Shown piece by piece: positions 41,752-55,280 of a DNA stretch of 64,000 nt. Below the pieces are notes generated by a model. That model saw nothing but the letters and a program-made list of their open reading frames with translations. It was not told the origin of the DNA and ran no database searches. The stretch lies in contig CM097885.1 of NCBI GenBank assembly GCA_044892525.1, forward strand, positions 52,640,001-52,704,000, read 5' to 3'. This DNA is from Schmidtea polychroa (Eukaryota). The position numbers were made by a program, and so were the translations under genes. Numbering within the stretch: the first letter of the stretch is position 1; each line of letters begins with the position of its first letter.

Positions 41752-44700
41752 AGTAGTAGGATGTGAGGACTCCAGCGCACTTTCAAGGTCATCCCAATAT
41801 CCAGATCAAATATAGGTCATTGAATCATTTATTTATTTATTTTTTTTTAAATTAATTTTTAATTAATTATTTATTTATTATTATTTTTATTTTATTATTT
41901 TTTTTTAAATTTTTTTTTAATTTCTTTTTTATTTATTTCTTTTTTTTTATTTATTTATTTATTTATTTTTTATTTATTTATTTATTTTTTATTTATTTAT
42001 TTTTTTTTTAATTTATTTTTTTTTATTATTATTATTATTATTATTTTACATTTACATTTAATATATTTTAACAGGAGTGTAAATTGTAACAAAAATGTTT
42101 CAATTTGAACAAAATTTTAATTAGTTATTATCATAAAATAAAGCTTTGTTAATTTAAAATAAAATGGGCATAATTTCAAAACAAAACAAAGTTTTTCATG
42201 AAAAATAATAATTCTTACTTAAAACTAATTACCTAAAATAATTGAACAAATGAATTATTAAATGATAAAACATATTTTAATTAACGAAGTCAAATTATTC
42301 ACAATATATATTTTATTATTCACATAAATTTAATGGTTAAAGTGCTTGTTTCGATTTGTATTCATTTGTAGACCGAGCAGTTGCGATATGCATTTGACTA
42401 TTCTTATAGTGACCGTAGGCATAGCTTTCATTAGAATTGAACCAATACCTTTTATCATCCAAACATTGGAGAGCTCGTTTTTCTGTAATGAAAGTATACA
42501 ACTGATGATTAACACTTCCTATTCTCTTTTGTTGGATGCTCACTGTTCCACCATCAGTATACACTTTTTTATAGGCTTCATGGGTGATATTAGAATTTGT
42601 AAGACTTATTCCTTTGGCTTTTAGAGTTTCTTTATCTCCTTGAAGTGAGTAGCACTTGGGTCGAAGGAACACCCATTCTTTATATTGATTTCCTTTATTC
42701 TCATCCTTGACTTTCCCGATTACAGAACAAATTTTATTTGAGAACAGCGGATCGGTCACTGGATAATTTGAAGTATCTAGGAGTTCATCACCAATCATTT
42801 TTGGATATAGTTGTAAGCGTAAATCTACATTTTTACACTCTAAAAAGAAGGAATCTGTGTCACCAGCTACGATATTAATTTGACAATTGAATTCTTCTCT
42901 ATAACTCTGTAGCTCTTTATATTGAAACTGGTACATGCGAAGTTTAGATAAATCAAGTACGGTTTGTCCAATAAAACATTGGTCTATCTAGACACACAAT
43001 TTCCTTATTGAGTATAACAGCAATGAGATCATCCGCAATCTTGATGCTACGACGAAACATAGGATGACTATGATAAGTTATCAATCTTTTGCTTTTGTTG
43101 CATAATCTCAAATTTATACGTTTCTTCAAGTTTTCCACAGTTTTACCGTATAAACTGTTGTTCTTTAACTTATAATAATCTCGCTGAAACGAATCCGTAC
43201 TAGCTGCTCTCATTTGAGTATTGTAATCAATATATCCTTTGAAAATAGCCACTTGTTTGAATTCTACAGCTTGATTAACTTTTGTGACTTTTGCGCCATA
43301 ACTCAACCACTCTGTCAAAACTCTACCATTAACTACATAGTTTTTCTTAGGCTCATGAGTTAACAACAGCTTTTCAACTTTACTACCAGGTGGATAACAA
43401 AGCTCAGGAGCTATAGGTAAATCATCTAGTTTATCTTGTATACTATCAGGAATGACGATGTCAACCTCCAAAACATATCCACGATCTCCATCAAACTCAT
43501 CCCCATTTGCACATCTTTCAACAATACCATTCATTTCAGTCTGATCATTTATCCATCTAAATTCACCAACAGAAAGTTTTTGTGACAGCGCCCATCCATA
43601 TAAATTATTAACATCTAGGTATGACATTTGTGTTGATTCATCAGCTTCAACATAATGTTTGTTGATAAATGTCATTCCACCACGAATACCAGCTTCAAAT
43701 AAACGGTAAAGCTCTGGATCTTGAATAAGTTCTATCGGTTCAGGTAACTGTTTAATATCTGATGCCCAACTTAATCCGGGTATGGAAACAAACATTAGAG
43801 CCTCAAGTCCATCTTCGTCAAATGTTTTTTCTCTGAAGGCTTCAAAAACATCGGCCAACAGAAAAACATCCAACTTGAGATATACTAGCATGTAATCTAG
43901 CAATGTCTCACAGTTGTATTGTTGCCAGATTCGATTTACATGTATATAATCTTCTTGACTAACTCCCTGCCAAATTGCAGGTAATTCTGTTATTGACTGT
44001 AAAACATCCATTGATGTAGCCATATCATAAGGAAAAATGGTTTTACAAGTCATCATCTGTGATTCGAAAACATCTGAGGTCAGTGGAAGACATGGTAAAT
44101 TTTTTGATAAATTTGCCAAGCTGCTATTTAAAAATTGTAAAGAATCAATGAATCTAATTCTTCTGCCTTTCGATGTTGCTGTAAGTGTGAGAAACTTTTC
44201 TGTTGATTGTGGAATAACATTTAAATTCCAATCTGGGAATTTTCCAATTGCATATTTTAATATATGATGAATGTCATATCCACGAAGATTGTGAAATACA
44301 ACAGGTAAAGACGGATTGATTCTTCTAGCCAAATTACAATCTTGACATGCTGCTCCGAGATATTGACCGGTAAAATGATCATGATCTCGAACAGGTATAT
44401 TGATAATCTTTTTACAAAGGTAGCAATGAGTTTGGTTCGTAAAATCTTCCTGGTGTTCCCAGGTGAGTTCCATCATTTCCTTCGATCCATTAATTTTATA
44501 CCACGGATAAACTATGTCTGTAGCTATATCGTCTAATGCTTGTATAAACTGAATAATACAGTTTTTCCCAACAAATGTTTCATTTCGAATCGGACAACCT
44601 TGATGAAGAAGCACAAATTCAGATGCAATCGGCTCATGTTTTTGGAAGTGCTTGTCATCTAGAGGTAATATTGATTCAAAGTCCGCGTAGACAACAAACT

Positions 44701-45760
44701 GCTGTTTTATAGTTTTACTCCAGTCTTTAAATTCGATATATTTATTCTCTGGCATTGAGTATAGAGTCGTCCGCTCCACATTCTTCCTACAAAGACTTAT
44801 ATGTCTTCCAAAAGCAGGACGTTTTCGAAACCCGTGAAGACACGTATGACACCAATGTGATTGGATTCTGACTCCTCCTACTCTATCTCTGTAATTGAGC
44901 AGTCGATCAAGATTGGTTACAGCCAAATAATGATAATTTAATTCTAAAATTTAGTTAATATTTTTAATGATTAAAAGAAAATATTACCTTCTTCAATTAA
45001 TAAGAGATATATCTGAGATCCCGTTGAAGTACTTTTATATACCAAGTCAACGAACGGATTCTTGAAAATATTTTCACTATTCTGTTTAATTGGATCTTTA
45101 TTATATTTGAGAACATTGATCGATATATTTGGATTCATTGCTTCAAATTGACAAATGTTAACAAGTTTCATTGGAAACCATTCAAATTTCCATTTTAAAT
45201 CTTAAAAAAAGAAAAGAAAATCAATTTATGACATTTATAAATATATATATATATATTACCACTTAAGTTATATTTTGTTGTTCTTTCTCTATCCCGACGT
45301 ATACCATCATAATGTAACACGGCTAGTATGCTGTATAAAAAGCAGAATTGATCATTGTTTTGAACATTAACTAAAGCCTGACAGTTTTTCAGGTAATTTG
45401 GCGTTTTAATATAACTTGAACCTAAGTAAATATCTTGATTTATATATATAATAAAGTTTAAAACTTACCAGATACATGTATTATGTCTGATAATTTAGTT
45501 AAAATCATAGTAACTTCTAATATTTTATGAATTCTCCACCCACTACTTTGTTGAGTGTATTTCTCCAACTTTTCTTTTAATTTTTCAATTCCATCATTAA
45601 TAAATGAAGATGACATTGTAATTGCTTTATTCGACAAACAGCATTTTTTAATTTCACCATCTTCTTTGATAAACTCTGCACAGAGTCCAAATTGGATTTT
45701 TACTGTCCCCATTCGTCGAATATGATCTTCTATTTCTTTGATGAGACAATGTCTTTGTTT
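41752..45760 (-). mobile_element. Polinton element D remnant (TIR plus pPolB)
   Basis: AGTAGTAGG terminus after TSD TTAGTG; pPolB reads toward the TIR. Confidence 0.88.
42337..45750 (-). pseudogene. polB: Intron-containing pPolB of element D; 5'-truncated; +1 frameshift near 42980
   Basis: Introns 45422-45468, 45201-45259 and 44944-44987 join four ORF pieces in frame; YADFE, DHDHFTG, YLDVNNLYG, AGDTDS. Confidence 0.93.
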
Positions 45761-45764
45761 TGCG

Positions 45765-45842
45765 CTGAGTCATCGGGGTGGGTGGGGGTAGTGCAAAAAA
45801 ATGACAAAAAACGATGAGTCATGGAGCACACTTCCTTCTACT
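45765..45842 (-). repeat. Isolated Polinton-like terminus
   Basis: Reverse complement AGTAGAAGGAAGTGTGCTCCATGACTCA followed by a C-run. Confidence 0.6.
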
Positions 45843-46482
45843 AAACTCTTTTTTCTCTTTTTAACCCTTTTCACAGGTTTGATCGGGATTTAAGTGTAAC
45901 CATGTATAGGCAGAATTTAATTCTCTACAAACTGCTGGAATTATAATTTCAGTTTGTTGCTTTTTGTGTAATACACACATGCTTTTACGATAAATTTGTA
46001 TTTTTCATAGGGTTGGCGTAATTTTCTTGGGATTTCATTCATATATTATATAGATAAAATGAATTGATTAAAAATTATTTATCTTGTTTTGTGTGTAATA
46101 CACACATGATTTTGCGAAAACTTTGTATTTTTTACATGGTTAAAGTCACTTTTAAAGTTTATATTTACATAATGTATAGTTAAAATTTAATTTTAATGGA
46201 TTAATTCGTGTTTTTATGTGTTACACGTATGTTTTGTATGATAAATTGTTATTTTATACAGTTAACATATCTTTTTAGAATATTTTATTCACATGTTACA
46301 ACTTTATTTAAAAATAAATTAGTCAAAACCAGATTGGCCTAAAAAATATTGTGAATCAGAAAAGGTTCCTCCGAATAAATTAATTAATTTTCTTAATTTT
46401 AACCAATCAAAATTTTGAAAATATAAAATTAATATTTTTCATATTTTATTTAAATAATATTTAAGAATATTTCAAAAGTAAA

Positions 46483-46839
46483 ATGAATAATGAATTTATG
46501 TTTATTGGTGATGTTCTGTATAAAATATTTTATGTTGACAACGAGCAGTGCGCATCTGCCGTTCCGCCTGAATTATTGCACAATTATTCGCACCTGACTA
46601 AAGAAAATACATTGCAAGAATTCAATACAGAGCCATTAAATGCAGAAATTGTGACATCCGAGGAAGATTCAATGATTGAATGTCTAATGAATAATACTGA
46701 AAATAATATCGAAAGTTTTCAGAATTATTTTATGGAAACCAATTCTTATCAAAATAATGATTCGAATGAAATTGCTAAAAGTGAATCTTCACAAAATCCA
46801 GATCAAAATACAAGAAACGATGAAAATTTCTACTTTAAC

Positions 46840-46899
<60 letters not shown>

Positions 46900-47505
46900 T
46901 TACATAATTTACATAATTCAATTATAAATTATTCAGATCTCTTACATAATCCAGATATTTATGGCGATTTAATTGAGGATTTTCCATGTAATAAAAAAGG
47001 AAGGCCAAGAAAAAATCCAGAAAACAAATTTATCAAAACTCAATCTAAAAGGGGCAGACCGAGAAAAGCAGTAACAGCACAAGCGAATTTGATTGATACA
47101 GCTATCAATAAAGCAACAAATCCAAAACCAGACAGTGTTGTGCTTCCAAAAGAAGATTCAATAATCGAATGTGTAAATAACATTGAACATCATTCACAAA
47201 ATCTGCAGAATTATTTCAAAGAAGAATTTCAATGTAAAAATATAGGTTTACTGAAAAAAGTTGAAGATCCAGAAAATAAAGTTTTCAAAATTCATTCTAA
47301 ACGAGGAAGACCCAAAAAAGAAGTATCAAACCGATCTAATTTGGATAATACAAAAGGAAAACTGCTTCATGAAAACAATGCACCAGAAATAGGTTATAGT
47401 AAAATTTCAACAAAAATAATCAAAATTCCTTCAGATTATGAAATCAAAGTAGGAAAAATTAAAAAGATTTTAAACAGTTTCCTTATTGCATATGAAAATA
47501 ACTAG
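46483..47505 (+). CDS. AT-hook protein, three hooks
   Basis: Identical to 39659-40660 except for 7 extra Asn. Confidence 0.8.
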
Positions 47506-48104
47506 AATTGATAAACCAATAATTCAAAATGACAATATAATGACAATATAATCAAAATGACAAATAATTAAGAAAATACACCAAAAAAAATGTAAGAAAA
47601 TAAAAAATATTAACTAGTAAAAAAAATATTAACAAGTAAATTAAAAAATATTAAATAAATTGGTGTAAATTTAATTGTGAAATAAATGAAACTTCTAAAA
47701 TATTTTTTTATAAAAATTAAATAAATATTTGTTTTAATTTTTTAACGGGTTTGTGAAATTATTTATTCCGTCATTGTCGTATGACTTTCCATAGAATAAG
47801 AAAAACTAAAAAAATTTTTTAAAACTTTACGGCTACGAATAATGTAAGCTATCAAGAAACCCCTTGCCAACTTCAGTCGTTGTCTCTGAAAATATAATTG
47901 AGTAAATGTATTTTCAAATTATAAACCCATTTTAAAATGTATTTTTCTGCACTTTTTTTTGCAATATACACTCCTAAGATTTCCGTATTAATCAAAGAAT
48001 GAAAGATTTCCCCATTAAACATGCCATAGAAAGTCGAACAGTTAAGTAATATTCCATTATATAATCAAAACTTCGACCTCATCAAACCATTCTAACTTAA
48101 TATA

Positions 48105-48938
48105 ATGAATAAAATATGTCAGAATCCTACTTGTAATAAGAAAACTACACATTTTCTATTGAGACTTGTTCAATGTAATCATGTTTTCTGTTGCAATTGC
48201 TTCCAAGAATTCTTCAATAACAATGATCTTTGTCCATTCGATAAAAACATTACGAAAGAAATTCTTATTTGCGATATAAATAACATACCAATATTAACTA
48301 AAACAATGGATTTGGTTCGTTTTGACATGGTTGACAATAGTTTCAGTTATATCTGGCCAGAAATGTCTGAGGAAATCATTTATAGGTGCAATTGTGTCGT
48401 AGATGATAAACTTTCAAACATTAAAAACCTATTGATAGATTTCCGGTTAAGTTTAAAATTATACCTAAAGGGAAAAAATCACGTTGCCAGAATTTTGAAA
48501 GGTTTTGTGGGTTCCATTAAAAATTATTTCTTTAAACGTCTTCGTAGTTCGACTAAAGATCATTATAAAAAAAGTATTCAATTTCAAAATGATCTCATAT
48601 TTATCAATTTGCTCCTCAAACATTATTCGACTATGATGACCTCCATCAATAAAGATATTGGAAATACTCCATGTCCGAATCGGATGAAGAAAATTAAAGA
48701 AGACTGGAAGCTAGTCAACTCAAATTTCAACAAAATCAAGTTGCTTGTTGAATGGTTAAGTGCAACACAAATGTACATTCTGTCTATGTGTGAATCTCAA
48801 GAGAACGATAATGTTTCTCAAGGCTTTCTTTTGGACTTGAAGTCATTCAAACTATCGAAAAAAATTCATAACATCTATTGTGAAGTAACTCAAGTTTTAC
48901 AAAAGATATCAGAGGGGTCTGTGTTTCAGTACGATTAA
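48105..48938 (+). CDS. N-terminal RING-finger protein, 277 aa
   Basis: Near-identical to 38191-39024. Confidence 0.8.
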   Translation: MNKICQNPTCNKKTTHFLLRLVQCNHVFCCNCFQEFFNNNDLCPFDKNITKEILICDINNIPILTKTMDLVRFDMVDNSFSYIWPEMSEEIIYRCNCVVDDKLSNIKNLLIDFRLSLKLYLKGKNHVARILKGFVGSIKNYFFKRLRSSTKDHYKKSIQFQNDLIFINLLLKHYSTMMTSINKDIGNTPCPNRMKKIKEDWKLVNSNFNKIKLLVEWLSATQMYILSMCESQENDNVSQGFLLDLKSFKLSKKIHNIYCEVTQVLQKISEGSVFQYD

Positions 48939-50176
48939 TATCAAAATTAATTACTCTAAAATCATCAGAAAAATCACCCCCTTCGTATTACAAAAAATTT
49001 GATAAATTAGATAAATTTTAATAAAAAATAATTTTCATAATAACACACATTTTTAATATTTATTTGTTTCAATATACATGAATATAATTTTCTCTGCGGT
49101 GAAATTATTATAAATATAGTTTTAAAAAATATTACTATTACATTCTCGTTTATTATATTAAAAATAAATAAAATAAACTGAAATATATTTTGAAAAAAAC
49201 AAACAATTTGGTTGCAAATAAAGATATCAAATAAAATGATAAATAAAAATTAAAAGGGTAGAATTCACGTTTAAGTTAAAACTGGATATTGCTAATAAAC
49301 ATTTAAATTGTATATATCAGATTACATAAATTTTTATATAAATATTTAAATTAATAAATTAAAGTAAGTTTAAAATAATATAAAAATAAATTAAAATATA
49401 TTAAATATTAAAATAAATTAAACCCACATTGAAATCAGCATCAAAATTAAAATAATAAAAAAGCCTCGAACAGATAGTTTGAATATTACAAAAAAGCGCA
49501 GATTTGTGAGTAAAATAAATTTAGTAATTTTATTTGTTTAATTTATTAATTATGGAGATTGAAAATGAATTCGACGTTGTTGCGGCTAACAAAAATTATT
49601 CAAATTTTCAGTGATCAACTCAATTCTTACTTACTTTACATTTAAAATTAATTAAAAACTAATTACAATACAAATTAATATATGGTTTTCTCTAAACCTT
49701 TTTCATTGATATTTTCATTAAAGTTTCAACTTCCTCAACTGTATTTTTCAATTTCTGTAGTGTCGTAAAAATGAAAAACATTAAATAATAACTTCAAATA
49801 TTTATTAATTATAAAATTGTGATGTCGTTATCTGAACTCCATCGGAAGGTGATAATGATTTTACTGCGATACTGGATGAAAAGTTGTTTCTGGATTGTTA
49901 GTAAACCCGTTTGCAGTACTTATAGTTGCGTCATCATTTCTGATGAAATAGTTGATTTAAATTTAATATTTGAGCCATTTTAAAAAGTGGCGTTCAAGTA
50001 AATTTTTTTATTTAAAGTAAACTTTAAGGCTTGGATTTTGATCCATAGATATGAGATCATTATTTTAAGCTTTTGAATATTACTTTTTTTCACAATCTTT
50101 TATAATAAATTATTTATAATTAAATTTGAGAGTATTTTAGAATTTTTATGAAATTTTATAAAGTTATTTGGAATTA

Positions 50177-51518
50177 CAGGTATCCCTCCTACAACATGGT
50201 ATCCCACAACACGATTTCACTCTAACACGATTAAAAAAATTTCCGAAAACCTCTTATAACACGGTACTTCTACAACACTATTTTTTTTTAAAAAAATTAT
50301 AATATTGACATAAAATACAATTTGGGAATACACTTATTTTATTATTTCAAGAATGCAAGTCTTAATTTATTTTTTGTGTATTTACACAAATTCGCTGTTA
50401 CAAAAAAAATCTCAGTATGCTGGCTGGATTCCTAAATTTAAAAATTCTATGCAGGTGTTTTTTTATCCAATAGTTATGAATTCTTTTTGTAACATATATT
50501 TTAGCATTTTGTGGAGCCCATCATAAGAGCGCAGACCATATTTTGTAAAATAGAAAAAAATATATTGTGTGGATAGTAATAAATAGTAAACAAAAATATT
50601 TAAATAAATTTTTATTTAAAAGGAATCGATTTTATTAAAAACTTAATTTTTTGTAATTAAGTAAGACTATTTTTTGAAAAATAAATTTCAGTCCTAAACT
50701 ATGTCTGGTGAAAATATAAAAACAATTCGGAAGAGAAAGTTTATTTCTTTAGAAGTAAAAATACAAATTTTAGATCGTCAGCTAAAAAGAGATAAAGCAT
50801 CACACATTGCAAAAACCCTAAATTTAAATGAGGCGACAGTCCACACAATTAAGAAAAGTGAGAAGGAAATTAGGAGTACTGTTGTTGCAGGATCTTCGAA
50901 ATCCGCAAAGTTTTAAGCTCGTCCTCGTGTGCCAATAACTGGAAAAAAAACAGGAAAGATTAGACTTGGCCAAAAAATTGGAATTATTGTTCTTGGATGC
51001 AGACCCTTGTGCTGAAAGAAGCCGAATATTAAAAAGGGAATAACAAAATTGCCTATCACCATATCAAGAAATTTACAACAACCTTCAACAGACAAGGAAA
51101 CAAAGCAAGATTACGGAATTTTTAAAGATATCAGCAGGTGAACAAAATATAAATGCAAGTTCACGAAATGAAGATGATATTATTCAGCCGAAAAAACGTT
51201 CCTATTTAATTGAATTGAGCAGCGATGATGAAGAAAATTACTAAACTAAATTCATAATATACATTCTTATATATTTATGCCGATTTTTGTTTGTTTTTTA
51301 TGTATTTACGTGGATTTATATTTGTTTTTTTATATATTTAAATGGATTTTTATTTATTTTGTTATTTTTAATAGAAATAAAGTTTCTTCTGTGGCATTAA
51401 AATATTTTATTGGAACTTAACCCCTGTTTTGTACCAGCTTCTAGTCTCCTATAGCACGGTTTCACATAACACGTCATATTATAGGAACCTATCGACCGTG
51501 TTGTAGGAGGGATACCTG
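50177..51518 (+). mobile_element. Internally deleted pogo/Tigger-like DNA transposon
   Basis: TIRs CAGGTATCCCTCCTACAACA, TA target duplications, CENP-B-type HTH ORF 50701-50916 (KRKFISLEVKIQIL). Confidence 0.92.
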
Positions 51519-52007
51519 TATTTCGATATAATGTAAGTCAGATATATTTTTAACTATAAATAAATAAATTAATCGCCAAACACAATTCTCATTTCTTCCA
51601 AAAATGATTAAAAATTGGATTCTTCAAAATCCAACAAATTATTTCCCTGTTCTTCCTTTTGGAAATTTCTCCATATTTTTATATTTGTAAATTATTGTTC
51701 CAATCGATTGTTTGGTGATTCCAAGTAATCCTTCAAATTCTTTGTAATTTTCAATATTTTCAAAGGAATTAATTAGTCGAATTTTGAAGATAAATCTTAC
51801 AAAATAATGTCTTTATTATCATGTTTGAGTAACCAAAACATCCATATTTAAAACCTTTATGACTATATATTTCTCGCAAAGATATATTACGCCCAATGAT
51901 CATCTCACTAAATTAGAAAAGAATTGTTACCCTATTGCTACATATGCTTTAATTTGCTTATTAATACACCCTTGCGACATGGTGAATGTTAGCAGTACAA
52001 CATAGGG

Positions 52008-52256
52008 CAGTGGTTCTTAACCTGGGGTCCATGGACCCCCAGGGGGTCCGCGAACAGGTTCCAAGTAGTCCGCGGCACTATTTACAAAAAACTTTTATTA
52101 TTTTTGTTTGAAGCTGAATAAACAGATTTATAAATAATTATTAAAAAATGCATGTGTTTGACTATCAATTTATTAATTTTTTAACATTTAAGGGGTCCGT
52201 CGGTACCAATTATATATTTATGGGGTCCATAAGTTTGAAAAGGTTAAGAACCCCTG
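52008..52256. mobile_element. hAT-type MITE (249 bp)
   Basis: TIR CAG(T/G)GGTTCTTAACCT; 8-bp TSD ACATAGGG at 52000-52007 and 52257-52264. Confidence 0.93.
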
Positions 52257-52599
52257 ACATAGGGTGACAAAATATCTTGTCGGATAAACTCTGACGATAT
52301 ATAAGAACTTACAATATGCTACCCAAATGCACCAAAATACTGATATTCACAAATTAACTAAAAATACTCAAAATGTGATTTTACTATATAACTTAAGAAT
52401 TCAGTTACTTAAATATTCATATTTTTACTAAATGATTGAAATTATTTATGTATTTCCATTAACTATATAAAAAATTTGTTATGAATCCTGAAATTAAATA
52501 ACAATATTTTAATTAAATGGTACAGCCAAATGAATGGATTTCAAACTAAATTGTCTATGAATTGGTAAATTTGTCTGGAAATATTTTACTTACTTAAGA

Positions 52600-52840
52600 A
52601 ATTGTTATATATTTAAAATAACCATGAACTTTTCACTAAATGACCTAAAATTAACTATATGGAGGCTCAAACAAATATACATTCGGGAGATATAAAATTG
52701 ACAAATTACTTTAATAACAAGATAGAGTATCTGTTTCACTTTGGTCAAAATACCGTTGAAAATGTGTACCGAGAAGTTATTATAAACGATTGCAATCTCA
52801 ATAAAAAAATACTCCGAAACCGGATGGCAATGGCTATAAC
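52600..52840 (+). pseudogene. Possible fragment of a class III (gB-like/chuvirus-type) fusion glycoprotein
   Basis: YFNNKIEYLFHFGQNTVENVYREVIINDCNLNKKILRNRMAMA resembles the central-helix motif; cut by a Polinton terminus. Confidence 0.45.
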
Positions 52841-52945
52841 AGTAGTAGGATTGGAGCTCCCCAGATCAGGAGCTCCCCGCATCACATATACCCCCTCCCC
52901 CCCCCCCCCCGGGAAAAAAAATTTTTTTTTTTAATTTTTTGTTTT

Positions 52946-53715
52946 AATTAATTGGCCTGGCGGGCTCACACTTTTTTTCATCCCAAAAATTAATGTTCCC
53001 ACCAACGGATTTTATTGGATGATACCTCATCTTAAAGCCCAGTCCAAGACCTTTCGAATGAGCTATAGGTATCATATATATCTTTAATAGTTTTAATGTT
53101 ATTAACAATTGATGACCACCATCTTTTCAACGTTAAATTATTATTATTTTCCAAAATATTATTAATTGGCCTGGCGGGCTCACACTTTTTTTCATCCCAA
53201 AAATTAATGTTCCCACCAACAGATTTTATTGACCGATACCTCATCTTAAAGCCCAGTCCAAGACCTTTCGAATGAGCTATAGGTATCATATATATCTTTA
53301 ATAGTTTTAATGTTATTAACAATTGATGACCACCATCTTTTCAACGTTAAATTATTATTATTTTCCAAAATATTATTAATTGGCCTGGCGGGCTCACACT
53401 TATTTTCATCCCAAAAATTAATGTTCCCACCAACAGATTTTATTGACCGATACCTCATCTTAAAGCCCAGTCCAAGACCTTTCGAATGAGCTATAGGTAT
53501 CATATATATCTTTAATAGTTTTAATGTTATTAACATTTGATGACCACCATCTTTTCAACGTTAAATTATTATTATTATTCAAAATATTATTAATTGGCCG
53601 GGCGGGGACATACTTTTTCTCATCCCAAAAATTAATGTTGCCATTATCCGAATTTATTAATCGATAGCTTATTTTGAAGCGTAGTCTAAGACCTTTCAAT
53701 TGAGCCATAGAAGGT
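52946..53715. repeat. 214-bp tandem repeat, ~3.5 copies
   Basis: Repeated ORF ends at 53032, 53246 and 53460. Confidence 0.93.
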
Positions 53716-53764
53716 ATCATCATCATTAACATCGGCAAAGTTATTAAAGTTTTACCGAGACCAT

Positions 53765-53965
53765 TTTTCAAGGTCATTTATTTTTCAAAATATTATTTTC
53801 AAGGTCAAGGTCAAGGTCATTTATTTTTTCAAGGTCATTTATTTTTTCAAGGTCATTTAATTTTCAAGGTCATTTATTATTTTCAAGGTCATTTATTTTT
53901 TCAAGGTCATTTATTTTTCAAGGTCATTTACTTTTCAAGGTCATTTAATTTTTCAAGGTCATTTA
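53765..53965 (+). promoter_or_regulatory. Array of 12 TCAAGGTCA motifs (extended nuclear-receptor half-sites)
   Basis: Counted directly; function inferred. Confidence 0.5.
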
Positions 53966-54004
53966 TTAAAATAATTATTATTTTCTAAGTTTTTAGTTTC
54001 TAAG

Positions 54005-54080
<76 letters not shown>

Positions 54081-54275
54081 ATTATAATTATTATATACTC
54101 ATAGTCTATCCGACAAGATATTCTGTCCCCCTATGGGTACTGCACACAAATGTACTACTCACATTCAACAAGTCACCAGGGTACTGCTCACAATCAACAA
54201 CTCGCTAGGGTATTATTAGTATTATTAATAATGACTAAGATATTTTCAAAGAATTATTATTACAACTCCCAAGAA

Positions 54276-54341
<66 letters not shown>

Positions 54342-54587
54342 CATGTATTTTTAGAACGATGACTCATTCGATGACTCATACGATGACACATAAATTATTA
54401 TTATTTTTCAAAATATTATTAAGTGATCCAGCGGGGACCTACTTTTTTTCATCCCAAAAATTATTGTTCCCACCAACAGATTTTATTGATCTATAGCTCA
54501 TTTTAAGGCCCAGTGCGAGATCTATCTACTGATATATAAAAATTATTATCATCATTATTATTGGGAATGATATTAACACGCGCGGGA

Positions 54588-54652
<65 letters not shown>

Positions 54653-54654
54653 CA

Positions 54655-55175
54655 TTATTAGTGAAAACCTAAAATATTTTTTTTACACACACACACACAC
54701 AACCCCTCAACCATTATTATTATTATCAATATTAAAAACCTAAAATATTTTCTACACACACACACAACTCATTAACCATTATTATTATCATTATTAGTGA
54801 AAACCTAAAATATTTTTTACACACACACACACAACCCATTAACCATTATTATTATTATTATCAATATTAAAAACCTAAAATATTTTTACACACACACATA
54901 CAACTCATTAAACTTATTATTATTATTATTATTATTGCAAATATTAGTCAAAAACCTAAAATATTATTTACACTCACACAACCCACTAACAATTATTATT
55001 ATCAATATTAGTGAAAACCTAAAATATTTTCTACACACACACACACACAACCCATTAACCATTATTATTATTGCAAATATTAGTCAAAAACATAAAAACA
55101 CTCATAAACCATTATTATTATCAATATTCGTGAAAACCTCAAATATTTTTTACACACATATACAACCCATTAAAC

Positions 55176-55245
<70 letters not shown>

Positions 55246-55280
55246 GTGAAAAAACCTTAAATAATTTTTACACACTAAGT
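54655..55280. repeat. Degenerate ~60-bp tandem repeat containing (CA)n and (ATT)n
   Basis: AAAACCTAAAATATTTTT-ACACACAC-AACCCATTAACC recurs about ten times. Confidence 0.85.

Larger units (their letters stand above)
46322..50914 (+). repeat. Right arm of the inverted duplication (extra ~465 bp at ~49465-49928)
   Basis: Reverse complement of 36680-40821. Confidence 0.95.
52841..54560 (+). mobile_element. Polinton TIR-derived segment E with expanded repeats
   Basis: AGTAGTAGGATTGGAGCTCC terminus, C-run, blocks homologous to the TIR of C. Confidence 0.8.

Noticed and set aside
52946..55280. CRISPR-like arrays
   Set aside because: Eukaryotic context, no unique spacers, no cas genes
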